A stretch of DNA of 14,412 nt from Trichormus sp. ATA11-4-KO1 (GCA_019358915.1 JAHHIM010000063.1:1-14412); one strand, 5' to 3'; counted from the stretch's first letter, positions 1 through 7,898 are shown. Notes: generated by a model not told the origin, from the letters alone. Program-made: numbers and translations.

Positions 1-2
1 CG

Positions 3-1385
3 CCACCAATAGAATTAAATTACATTTCAAAAAGTAATCGCCAAGTTCGTACAAGCCATACTCCAGATTTTTTTGTAATCGAAGTCAACTGGGTAGGATG
101 GGAAGAATTTAAACCAATTAGTGAATTAATCAAAAAAGCACAACAACAACCAAACCGCTACGTCCAAAATGAAGCAGGAAATTGGCTTTGTCCACCTGGA
201 GAAGAATATGCTCAAAAATACGGACTTAACTATCGGCTGAGGACAGATATCGAACAAAATGTAATTCGGTTGAGAAATTATCAATGGTTGGAGCCATATT
301 TTCAAGACGAAGAGTTAGATAAAAATCAGAGTAATAATCAAAGAATAGTATCTATAGTCAAAGGGAGTCCTGGAATAACTTGTAGTGAATTGCTATTAGC
401 CATAACTGTAATTAGCCCTGATGAAATCAATAGTTTAATTGCCCAAGAAAAGTTGTTTATCAATTTTAATACTGCCCCATTAGCCGAACCCGACCTTGTT
501 CATATTTTCCCCACATTAGAACAAGCCGAATTTTATGAGAAAGAAGAATTATCAGGTCTAACGAAAGATACCTCAAGTCAGGGCAACAAAGAAGTTCAAC
601 AACTACTGCTCAAAGCACGTTCTGAAGATTTAGAAACCGCTAATGCTCGATATGAAGCCATAAAGCCATACTTAGAAGAAAATTCTCCACCTATTACCAA
701 AGCCAGTCGCAGTATTCGTCGTTGGCGTCAACAATATCAGCAAGCACAAAAGCTATATGGAGAAAATCATGGTTATGTAGGCTTACTCCCTAAACATTTA
801 GATAAAGGGCATCATCAAAAACTAGAACCAGCACTCTTAGATTTTATGGCAGAATTCATTAAAAAACATTACTTTACTGCCAAAAATAGACGAGTGAGTG
901 GAGTTTATCGGGAATTTCAATTAGCCTGTAGTCAACAAGAACCTGTTTTTAAACCCCCCTCAGAAAAAACATTTCGTGAACAGATTAAAAAACAAAAAAA
1001 TTACCAACTCACTCTAGCCCGCCAAGGCTCAAAAATAGCTAAACAAACTAAACCATTTCACTCAAACAGTGAAATACCCAAAGACGGAGAGTTACCCTGG
1101 GAAAATGCTCATATTGACCACACTTGCTTAGATATTAACCTAGTGAGTTCCTTAATTTCTCTAGCAACTTGCAATATTAGTAGTGCTATTGACAGCGAAA
1201 AAATGAGCTTAGGTCGCTGTTGGGCAACTTTTCTAGTAGATGGTTATAGTAAAAGAATTTTAGCAGTGTATCTTTCCTTTGAGCCACCCAGTTACCGTAG
1301 TTGTTTAATGGTAATTCGGATTTGTGTCAAAAGATTTAGTCGATTACCTCTTTACGCCAACGCAAAAAACATAAAGGTCAGGTGA
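3..1385 (+). pseudogene. TnsA-like endonuclease fused to TnsB/Mu-like DDE transposase; 5' end outside the window, internally deleted
   Basis: The frame of ORF 270..1385 is open back to position 3 (PPIELNYISKSNRQVRTSHTPDFFVIEVNWVGWEEFK...CPPGEEYA), giving a TnsA-type TPDF...ExK PD-(D/E)xK motif. It is followed by HTH-like segments (RSIRRWRQQY...GLLP; PPSEKTF) and the start of an integrase core (AHIDHT...GRCWATFLVDGYSKRILAVYLSFEPPSYRS...RFSRLP). Similarity stops at about 1350, before the second Asp and the Glu of the DDE triad. Confidence 0.8.
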
Positions 1386-1522
1386 TGGTTTTATCTAATA
1401 CTGAATTGATGGAGCATTTACAAGGGGTTTATCAAGTCGAGGAAAAACTGCTTAAACAACGCTTACAAGCATTAGAAAATAAAACGGTACTTAATTTGAT
1501 TGAGCGGAAGCTTATTGGCTAA
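1352..1522 (+). pseudogene. Out-of-frame C-terminal tail fragment of the same transposase
   Basis: The -1 frame reads LRQRKKHKGQVMVLSNTELMEHLQGVYQVEEKLLKQRLQALENKTVLNLI... and has no start of its own at the junction. It resembles the basic/helical tail (LR.R...EE.LL.QRL...E) of this transposase family. Confidence 0.55.
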
Positions 1523-1677
1523 TTGATGCGATCGCTTCATATCAAACTCAAAAGTTTCTCTCCAATTCCCAGCTACAAGATTTCCAAATTTGGCACTTGT
1601 TAGTAGAGAATCAATCAGGCACGTTAATTTGTGAGTGGGATACAGATCAGGAAGTAATACGCCAAGAAATTGAATAT
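1504..1677 (+). pseudogene. Internal fragment of a DUF6876-like protein
   Basis: The frame of ORF 1597..1875 extends upstream to a TGA at 1501 and reads AEAYWLIDAIASYQ...LQDFQIWHLLVENQSGTLICEWDTDQEVIRQEIEY. This matches the A.AYWLIDAIASYQ/FQ.W.L/QEI.Y pattern of DUF6876. The usual N-terminus (TDGV..LA) and C-terminus (TDFPL...LPSEY) are missing. Confidence 0.7.
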
Positions 1678-1686
1678 GCAGAAAAA

Positions 1687-1875
1687 ATGAACATTATCGC
1701 ACCACGGAAAACACAGAATTTAGCAGTGTGTCGCCAAAAATTGGAGTCAGTACGACCAGAAATAATAACTGACATCAATTCACCAGAATTACGAGAATTA
1801 GCAGATAGGGAAGCTCTTTGGCAGGAAGAACAAGCTTATTACCATGACAAATTTCTTTATGATGACAGATTTTAG
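1687..1875 (+). CDS. Small acidic hypothetical protein (62 aa, MNIIAPRK...YDDRF)
   Basis: ATG at 1687 after an A-run. It is in frame with the DUF6876-like fragment but unrelated to it in sequence. Confidence 0.55.
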   Translation: MNIIAPRKTQNLAVCRQKLESVRPEIITDINSPELRELADREALWQEEQAYYHDKFLYDDRF

Positions 1876-1984
1876 TCTTCATTTGCCGAATGGCTGACTT
1901 AATTTGGTGTTCAAACGCCAGACAATCCGTACTTATCGCTAACGCGATTAAAGGAATTGATATTGATGATTTGGATCAAAAAAT

Positions 1985-2887
1985 ATGGCAAAAACAATTG
2001 AATTTAGCGCAACTTCGTTTCCTTCTATCGTGCTGCGAGAAGACTTGACTCATACCTGGAACGATATTGGCATCTCTCAACTTTCAAATGCTGAACAAGT
2101 TGCTTTGCTGGATTTTCTCGAACACCTTGGGACAGAGTTATTGCGGGATTTCGACGTTGAGCGAGTGCTGTTGGTAAAAGCAGCTAATGGTGTCCCTCAA
2201 GGTGTGTATGGCCCGGCTATCTTTCGGGATGATGATTCTATAGTCCTGAAGCTGGGAGCTAATCTCTTTGGGGTTCAACAGATGGGCGATCGCCTGATAC
2301 TGGGAAACTTAAAAGGCAAAGTCACGGTGACGGAGGAGAAAGATACCGCCGGAGTAACCTATCCTAAAGCTTTCTGCTCTTTTGTTGCTCCCTCTAGAGA
2401 TGTCTTTAAAATTAATATCTCACTAGCAACAAAGGAATTAAACCTCACATCGGCAGACCTGAATGCAACCTTAATTAACGAAGAATCCCTACTCCCCTTC
2501 TTACGTCAAGTTCCCTGTGGCTCTTGCATGAAAATGCAGGAATTGGGCTTGGGCGAATTCCAGGTTCAAGGTATCACGGAAAGTGAGGGAGAGTACGGCA
2601 CAAGTTACAAACTGCACCTTGCTGATGGTCGGTCTGTATGGGCTAGGGGTAACGCTGCGTTACTACTAGATTCTGGCTGGCGACCTGCTCCTGGGGAAGC
2701 TCTGTGTCTGGTGATTTCTCATATTGAGGAAACGGGAGATAAGTACAGTGTAGATTGCGCTTTAAGATTGCGGCTTCCTAGCTTACCTAATCAAAGTAGC
2801 AGCAATCATCACTATCACAATACAGCGATCACTGTAGAAGCTTCACCTGTAATCAACAACGAACTAGAAGACAATATACCCTTTTAG
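1985..2887 (+). CDS. Hypothetical beta-rich protein with SSB-like acidic C-terminal tail; putative ssDNA-binding protein
   Basis: 300-aa ORF ending in a low-complexity linker and ELEDNIPF (compare the SSB C-terminus DDDIPF). An OB-fold-like strand pattern is present (GEFQVQGITESEGEYGTSYKLHLADGRSVWARGN). Confidence 0.6.
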   Translation: MAKTIEFSATSFPSIVLREDLTHTWNDIGISQLSNAEQVALLDFLEHLGTELLRDFDVERVLLVKAANGVPQGVYGPAIFRDDDSIVLKLGANLFGVQQMGDRLILGNLKGKVTVTEEKDTAGVTYPKAFCSFVAPSRDVFKINISLATKELNLTSADLNATLINEESLLPFLRQVPCGSCMKMQELGLGEFQVQGITESEGEYGTSYKLHLADGRSVWARGNAALLLDSGWRPAPGEALCLVISHIEETGDKYSVDCALRLRLPSLPNQSSSNHHYHNTAITVEASPVINNELEDNIPF

Positions 2888-2937
2888 CAGGTTTATCTCT
2901 GTTCGCCTTCAGTGTTCGTTTCACAACTAGCCCAGAA

Positions 2938-2974
2938 CAAATCACTCCGTTAAGGGCAATAACGGAGTGATTTG
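2938..2974 (+). terminator. Perfect 15-bp stem-loop downstream of the SSB-tail gene
   Basis: CAAATCACTCCGTTA-agggcaa-TAACGGAGTGATTTG, with only a weak T-tract after it. Confidence 0.55.
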
Positions 2975-3043
2975 GTTTGGCGGTGCTTACGCACCAAAGA
3001 TGAGAGAAAATTCTCCTTTCCAGTTAAAAAGTGAGCAATGAAC

Positions 3044-3148
3044 TATAGCAGTCCTAAATGATTTGTGAAATTTCGCATACAGGCTGTTGAATGTTGATTG
3101 TCAACCGCCATTACTGATATTTTTCACAACTGAAATAGGATGGCTATA
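3044..3148. mobile_element. MITE (about 101 bp plus flanking TA), IS630/Tc1-like ends
   Basis: Terminal inverted repeats TATAGCAGTCCTAAATGATTTGTGAAA (3044-3070) and TTTCACAACTGAAATAGGATGGCTATA (3122-3148) match at 21/27 positions. TA lies at both ends and there is no coding capacity. Confidence 0.75.
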
Positions 3149-3210
3149 ACAACACATATGCGCTCACTTTTTGGGGGAATTTTGCTGACTAATTTACAAA
3201 AATCAGAACG

Positions 3211-4344
3211 ATGACACAAGTAATAACCTCCCCCAAATTACCCGAAACTTCATCCAGTTTACTAAATGTTGCTACTGTCAGAAACCATGACCTGAGAACC
3301 TTAAATAAAACCAAGGTGCGATTCAAAATTAGCTTGAAAAATGCCACCAAGAAAAAAGCACCATCCTGGCATCAGGTACTTTCTGGTAAAAGTTTCTTCC
3401 AAGCAGATTCTACTGTTACTACTGACCAAAATACACAATACCTGGAATCAGACCTCGAAAAAGTTACACGCAGTGAAGTAGGTTTGCGTGGTATTCCAGT
3501 ATTCAGAGCTTTAGAAGATGCTGCTGCGGTTTTGCGAACAGAAATTGAATCTGTCAAAGAATGGACTACCCCAGATGGCTCTGTCATGGTTTGTGCTATT
3601 GAATTGGCGCAAATTGTGTGGACTCAACTGCTACGTATTCGTGACGAACTAGCTCCAGCACTTCGCACTGAATTACATACAAAATACGAGCAAGGATTAG
3701 CAGAATATACTGGGCGACTTGATAAGTTCCTTCAGTTACAAGCATGGAGTTTAAGTGCTGAAGATTATGAATTAGCACGCAACGAAATGCTGTCAGCTTA
3801 TCCATCCAAAGAAGAAATTGATGATTATCTTCAAGTTAACATTGCTAGACCGGAAATAGTTAAACCACTAGCAACGCAACTATCAGAAGAACAGGCTCGT
3901 ATTTTAGGAGAAATTAATCGTTATATCGAGCAGTACGACCAAAATCTGGAAAGAAGTTTAGCAACAGCAGCAATCTCATCTGGTGAGCAACTAGCTGGAG
4001 AACTGATTGAGGCATTAGCAGCATGGGAACCGGGAAGAAAGCCAGTGCGGTTTCGCAAGTTCATTGAAAAACAACTTAAGAAAGCAAGAGTATTACTGCT
4101 CAATGCTGATAACAGTGCTGTGCCTTCATTAACTGTCTTAATGAACAATATTGAACAGATAGTTGAGGACACGAATATCTCAGCAAAAGAGCAAGTATCA
4201 AGACGGTCAGAACTGGAAAATAAAATTGCTGAAATTTCAGCTTCGATGCTGCTAGAACAACAAAAACTGAGAGAAATTGCAATTGCTGAAAGTTCCCTAG
4301 ATGACCGTTCTGATTGGGTAGTATTCGCCGCATCTGAAGATTAG
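3211..4344 (+). CDS. Helical/coiled-coil hypothetical protein, DUF3150-like
   Basis: 377-aa amphipathic helical ORF. The segment LLRIRDEL...LHTKYEQGLAEY...SAYPSKEEIDDYLQV recalls DUF3150. C-terminus is LDDRSDWVVFAASED. Confidence 0.55.
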   Translation: MTQVITSPKLPETSSSLLNVATVRNHDLRTLNKTKVRFKISLKNATKKKAPSWHQVLSGKSFFQADSTVTTDQNTQYLESDLEKVTRSEVGLRGIPVFRALEDAAAVLRTEIESVKEWTTPDGSVMVCAIELAQIVWTQLLRIRDELAPALRTELHTKYEQGLAEYTGRLDKFLQLQAWSLSAEDYELARNEMLSAYPSKEEIDDYLQVNIARPEIVKPLATQLSEEQARILGEINRYIEQYDQNLERSLATAAISSGEQLAGELIEALAAWEPGRKPVRFRKFIEKQLKKARVLLLNADNSAVPSLTVLMNNIEQIVEDTNISAKEQVSRRSELENKIAEISASMLLEQQKLREIAIAESSLDDRSDWVVFAASED

Positions 4345-4432
4345 GGATTGGGTATTGGGTATTGAGTATGAGGAAGAGATTTCGCCAGTCCATAGTTATT
4401 CTCCCTCATCTCCCCAGTCCCTAGTCCCCAGT
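4344..4432. repeat. STRR heptamer repeats arranged as the arms of an imperfect inverted repeat
   Basis: GGGATTG-GGTATTG-GGTATTG (4344-4364) and CCCCAGT-CCCTAGT-CCCCAGT (4412-4432). CCCCA(A/G)T is the STRR1-type repeat of heterocystous cyanobacteria. Confidence 0.8.
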
Positions 4433-4490
4433 CTAGGGAGTAAAAACAACATAACGAATAAATCACCAAATGTAAGGATGGAAATAATTT

Positions 4491-4997
4491 ATGAGCCATT
4501 TTTCGAGCATAAAAACAACACTAATAGACAAGCAAGCTCTTGTCGAAGGACTAAAGTCACTATTGGCATATCATCAGATAGATATTCCAGTTGAAATCTA
4601 TGAATCTCCAATGCAACTATTCAATGATTACGACAGGCTGAATACAGATGAGGCAGAAATCATCATCCGTCGCACTTACTTAAAGACTCGCAATCGTGAT
4701 GCTTTAGTTGATGTTGGATTTGCCAAAAATTCAACATCAAATGCCTACGAAATTAAAGTAGATGCTTGGGATTTCAACCAAAATCTATTGGGTAGGGTCT
4801 TTGGCAATGTGCGAAATTTCCAAGAAGAAGTGCAACTTGCTCATAACCAAGCTTACATCAACATCCACTATCCTCCAGAAATTTGGGATTACCAACAATC
4901 CACTCTCGATGATGGCAGCTTACAAACAACTCTTACTAAGAAAGTAAGTTTAACTGTCTCAAATTCAAATAGCAACGATTGGAACAATTGGCAGTAA
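4491..4997 (+). CDS. DUF1257 (Ycf35-like) protein
   Basis: Diagnostic N-terminus MSHFSSIKTTLIDKQALVEGLKSL; also AEIIIRR, DVGF....AYEIKVDAWD and DDGSLQTTL. Confidence 0.85.
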   Translation: MSHFSSIKTTLIDKQALVEGLKSLLAYHQIDIPVEIYESPMQLFNDYDRLNTDEAEIIIRRTYLKTRNRDALVDVGFAKNSTSNAYEIKVDAWDFNQNLLGRVFGNVRNFQEEVQLAHNQAYINIHYPPEIWDYQQSTLDDGSLQTTLTKKVSLTVSNSNSNDWNNWQ

Positions 4998-5009
4998 TAG
5001 GAGTGAAAA

Positions 5010-5207
5010 ATGTCACAAACTCAAATTATTATCAAACAGAAAAAGGGGCAACCTTTACAGGTAGAAGTGGTAGGTGTACCTGACTCTAGTTGCCGAAACC
5101 TCACAGAACCTTTAGAAGCACTCGGACAAGTTGACGTGACACCAAAACCACAGATGTACGTTGAACCTACAATCACCACATTCTCAACCGTTGAAATCGA
5201 AGGGTAA
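5010..5207 (+). CDS. DUF2997 protein
   Basis: 65 aa with VEVVGVPDSSCRNLTEPLEALG...KPQMY. An AGGAG RBS lies upstream, and the gene is adjacent to DUF1257 and the AAA ATPase as is usual for this family. Confidence 0.85.
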   Translation: MSQTQIIIKQKKGQPLQVEVVGVPDSSCRNLTEPLEALGQVDVTPKPQMYVEPTITTFSTVEIEG

Positions 5208-5212
5208 GTAGA

Positions 5213-5254
5213 AGCTAAGAGGAAGCGACTACCTAAGAACGCTTCCTCTTAGCT
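5213..5254 (+). other. Perfect 15-bp intergenic stem-loop without U-tract
   Basis: AGCTAAGAGGAAGCG-12 nt-CGCTTCCTCTTAGCT. Confidence 0.7.
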
Positions 5255-5283
5255 CAATGATGTTTTGAAACCAAACCAAATAT

Positions 5284-6963
5284 ATGACATTTAACACACA
5301 AGAAGTCATCACTTCGTTTCACGCTGGTTGTGCCACAGTTGCAATCAATTCTCCGACAGCCAGCGAAATCAACATCACTAATCAGCTAATTGTTGATATT
5401 GCTCTCCGGCTTGGTATGGAAAGTTACATTTGGGATATAGCTAAGTCTTTGCAGAAAGTAGAACCAAAAATGCGTTCTGGCAAAGTTACGGGACTTCCTA
5501 AAACACCAGCTCCTAATTTTGATACCAAGGGACATCCTATAGAAACACTCCTGAAACACATTGAGGCTGAGTGTGCTAACAACACAACTGTCCGAAAACT
5601 TTTCATCCTCAAAGATATCTACCCTTTTATTACTGGAATCAACCCCAATCCAGTATTTGTGCGTCTTGCGATCGATACTTTCAATGCAGCCAAGCGTAGC
5701 TCCCATCGGCTGGTTATCCTGCATGACAATTTGAGGACACCCAAAGTCTTTCAAGACTTGATTGCAGATATGCACAATCCTAACCCCACACAGCAGGAAA
5801 CGGAACACATATTTGACACACGAGTAGAAGCATTGAGAAAAAGTGCGATCGCTCAAGGTGCAGAACTGCCCATAGACATTAGTCCATCAGATAAGAAACG
5901 CCTCATCCGCGCTTTGCAGGGGATGTCTTATGAAGCAATAGAAGATGCCATTTCTCTATGTGCCACATCCTTAAGAAAGGTTGATGTCGGGGCCATTGAA
6001 TTTCTGTCCAAACACAAGCAAAAGAAATTCGCCGCTAAGGGCATTAGGTATGCAGAATCTCCTGATGTGGCTGTACAAGGATTGCCAGCAGTTACAGAAT
6101 GGGCAGAAACGATGGCTGCACTACTAGAACCAGAGGCTCAAGAGAAATATAACATCCCCTTTCCTTCTGGGGCGTTGTGGGTTGGTGTGGGAGGTACTGG
6201 TAAGACTTTGTGCGTCAAAACCATTTCGCAACTTTGGGGTTTGCCTAGTTTAATTATGGACACTGGCAGTTTGATGAGTCGAGAACTGGGTGCAAGTGAA
6301 GAACGATTGCGGGAATACATTCAAGCCGCAGAAGACCTTGCACCTAGTATTCTGTTCATTGATGAGTTTGACAAGCTCATGCCGGGCGGGAACGCCGTAG
6401 AATCTGACAGTGGTACAAGTGCGAGAATGTTTGGCTATTTCCTCACATGGTTTGAGGAAAAGAAAAGTAGTGTATTTGTAGCAGCAACCTGCAATAGACC
6501 TTGGGGAATTAAAGACGAAACTCTCAGGCGATTCACCAAAATATTCTATGTTGATTTGCCGAATTTGTCAGCCAGAAAAGATATCTGGAATGTACAGCTA
6601 AATTACTGCAAAGTTGCAATTAAGAAACCTGAAATTGAGAGATTAGCTGCTGTGAGCGCGGATTATACGGGTGCAGAAATTAGGAAGATAGTTCAACAAT
6701 GCGCTAGTTACTCCTATGCCAAAACCCGAAAAGTCAATGTGTCTGTTGAAGACTTGTTAGAGGAACTTCATAGGACTCCGGCACAATTTAAAGCTAATAC
6801 CAGAGAGCTGGAAGAACTGCGAAAATGGGCGCGTTCTGGTGGCGCAACATGGGCTGCACCTGAAACCGAAGCTTGCGAGAGAAGTCGCGATCGCTCTGTC
6901 ACCTTTCATTCAACCAGTGAAAATTTGCACAGCGACATCATCGATTTTTCTGATTTCAACTAA
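5284..6963 (+). CDS. Ycf46-like AAA+ ATPase
   Basis: Degenerate N-terminal AAA-like domain (LFILKDIYPF), Walker A GVGGTGKT, Walker B ILFIDEFDK, SDSGTSARMFGYFLTW, sensor-1 VFVAATCN, LRRF...FYVDLP, YTGAEI lid and LRKWA tail. Confidence 0.9.
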   Translation: MTFNTQEVITSFHAGCATVAINSPTASEINITNQLIVDIALRLGMESYIWDIAKSLQKVEPKMRSGKVTGLPKTPAPNFDTKGHPIETLLKHIEAECANNTTVRKLFILKDIYPFITGINPNPVFVRLAIDTFNAAKRSSHRLVILHDNLRTPKVFQDLIADMHNPNPTQQETEHIFDTRVEALRKSAIAQGAELPIDISPSDKKRLIRALQGMSYEAIEDAISLCATSLRKVDVGAIEFLSKHKQKKFAAKGIRYAESPDVAVQGLPAVTEWAETMAALLEPEAQEKYNIPFPSGALWVGVGGTGKTLCVKTISQLWGLPSLIMDTGSLMSRELGASEERLREYIQAAEDLAPSILFIDEFDKLMPGGNAVESDSGTSARMFGYFLTWFEEKKSSVFVAATCNRPWGIKDETLRRFTKIFYVDLPNLSARKDIWNVQLNYCKVAIKKPEIERLAAVSADYTGAEIRKIVQQCASYSYAKTRKVNVSVEDLLEELHRTPAQFKANTRELEELRKWARSGGATWAAPETEACERSRDRSVTFHSTSENLHSDIIDFSDFN

Positions 6964-6973
6964 GTGATTATAC

Positions 6974-7006
6974 CCCGCTCAACATCCGACGAAAGGATTG
7001 AGCGGG
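6974..7006 (+). other. Intergenic stem-loop
   Basis: CCCGCTCAA(ca)TCC-gacgaaa-GGATTGAGCGGG, with no U-tract. Confidence 0.6.
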
Positions 7007-7031
7007 AAACAACTTTATTAGGTGTTTAATT

Positions 7032-7829
7032 ATGGCAGATAAAACTCAAGCACTCAAAGTCCAAAAACTCATCTGTGTCCGCCCTGGAACAAACAATAAT
7101 AAATATTGGTGCGCTTATGTAATGCCCAATGGGGAATTACTGGTAGAGTACGGACGGGTAGGAAATACACCCCGAACTCATGTTTATGCTTGCGGTTCTA
7201 GCAATGCAGCTAATAACAAGCTAGCCACTTTAGTTTGGGAAAAAACTACTCAAAAAGGCTACACTTTTGCAACAGTAGATACTGACACGAATCCTCAGCT
7301 TGATTGGAGTCAATTTCCAGTTGATGCAGTAAATCAACTCCAACAAAAATTATCTCAAATTCAAGCTATAGGAGATAAAATTTCCAGAGATACGCTGATT
7401 AAATTTGACTGCGTTCACGGCTTGTTTATCACTGATTTAGGAGCTATAAATCAATCCACAATCAATAGAGCTACTCTGGCATTAAACGCAGTTGAAAGAA
7501 GCTATAACCAGGATAATAGCAGCTTTAATGATGCTGTAGGTGATTATCTGCGTTGTATCCCGTTACCAGTTGGCAGAAAACTAGATGCTAGAGCAATACT
7601 GGGAACAAGACAATTGATTACTCAGCAGCGACAAATCCTGTCTTTACTACAAAATGGATTAGAAGCAATAGAGAGTTTACGCTTGGAAATGCTCTCCATA
7701 CAAACGCAGTCTTCATCAGATTTATTAAATGACCGTTCTTGGTGGGTAAGGTGGGGAATTGACTCAGTAAGTCCATCATTATCCACCGAAAACTTAGACA
7801 ATCGTTCTTACTATGTCCAATTTCATTAA
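7032..7829 (+). CDS. WGR-domain protein with PARP-regulatory-like helical domain and no ADP-ribosyltransferase domain
   Basis: NNNKYW...LLVEYGRVG...EKTTQKGY is a WGR domain. TDLGAINQSTINRATLALNAVE...YLRCIPLPVGRKL...QQRQILSLL follows the PARP_reg pattern (PLG.LS...I..A...L / Y..IP...G). The ORF ends about 55 aa later. Confidence 0.8.
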   Translation: MADKTQALKVQKLICVRPGTNNNKYWCAYVMPNGELLVEYGRVGNTPRTHVYACGSSNAANNKLATLVWEKTTQKGYTFATVDTDTNPQLDWSQFPVDAVNQLQQKLSQIQAIGDKISRDTLIKFDCVHGLFITDLGAINQSTINRATLALNAVERSYNQDNSSFNDAVGDYLRCIPLPVGRKLDARAILGTRQLITQQRQILSLLQNGLEAIESLRLEMLSIQTQSSSDLLNDRSWWVRWGIDSVSPSLSTENLDNRSYYVQFH

Positions 7830-7898
7830 AGAAAGAGAGAGGTTAAACGTAAATCGATACTTTCTGTATCAATTTATTATACTACTGCTTTAGTGATT

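Noticed and set aside
1597..1875. ORF 1597..1875 as one real 92-aa gene
   Set aside because: Its TTG start lies inside a DUF6876-like fragment whose similarity begins at 1504, and the distal part looks like a separate gene starting at ATG 1687.
4355..4594. 79-aa + ORF and overlapping minus ORF 4100..4393
   Set aside because: They are translations of STRR repeats and overlap the DUF3150-like and DUF1257 genes.
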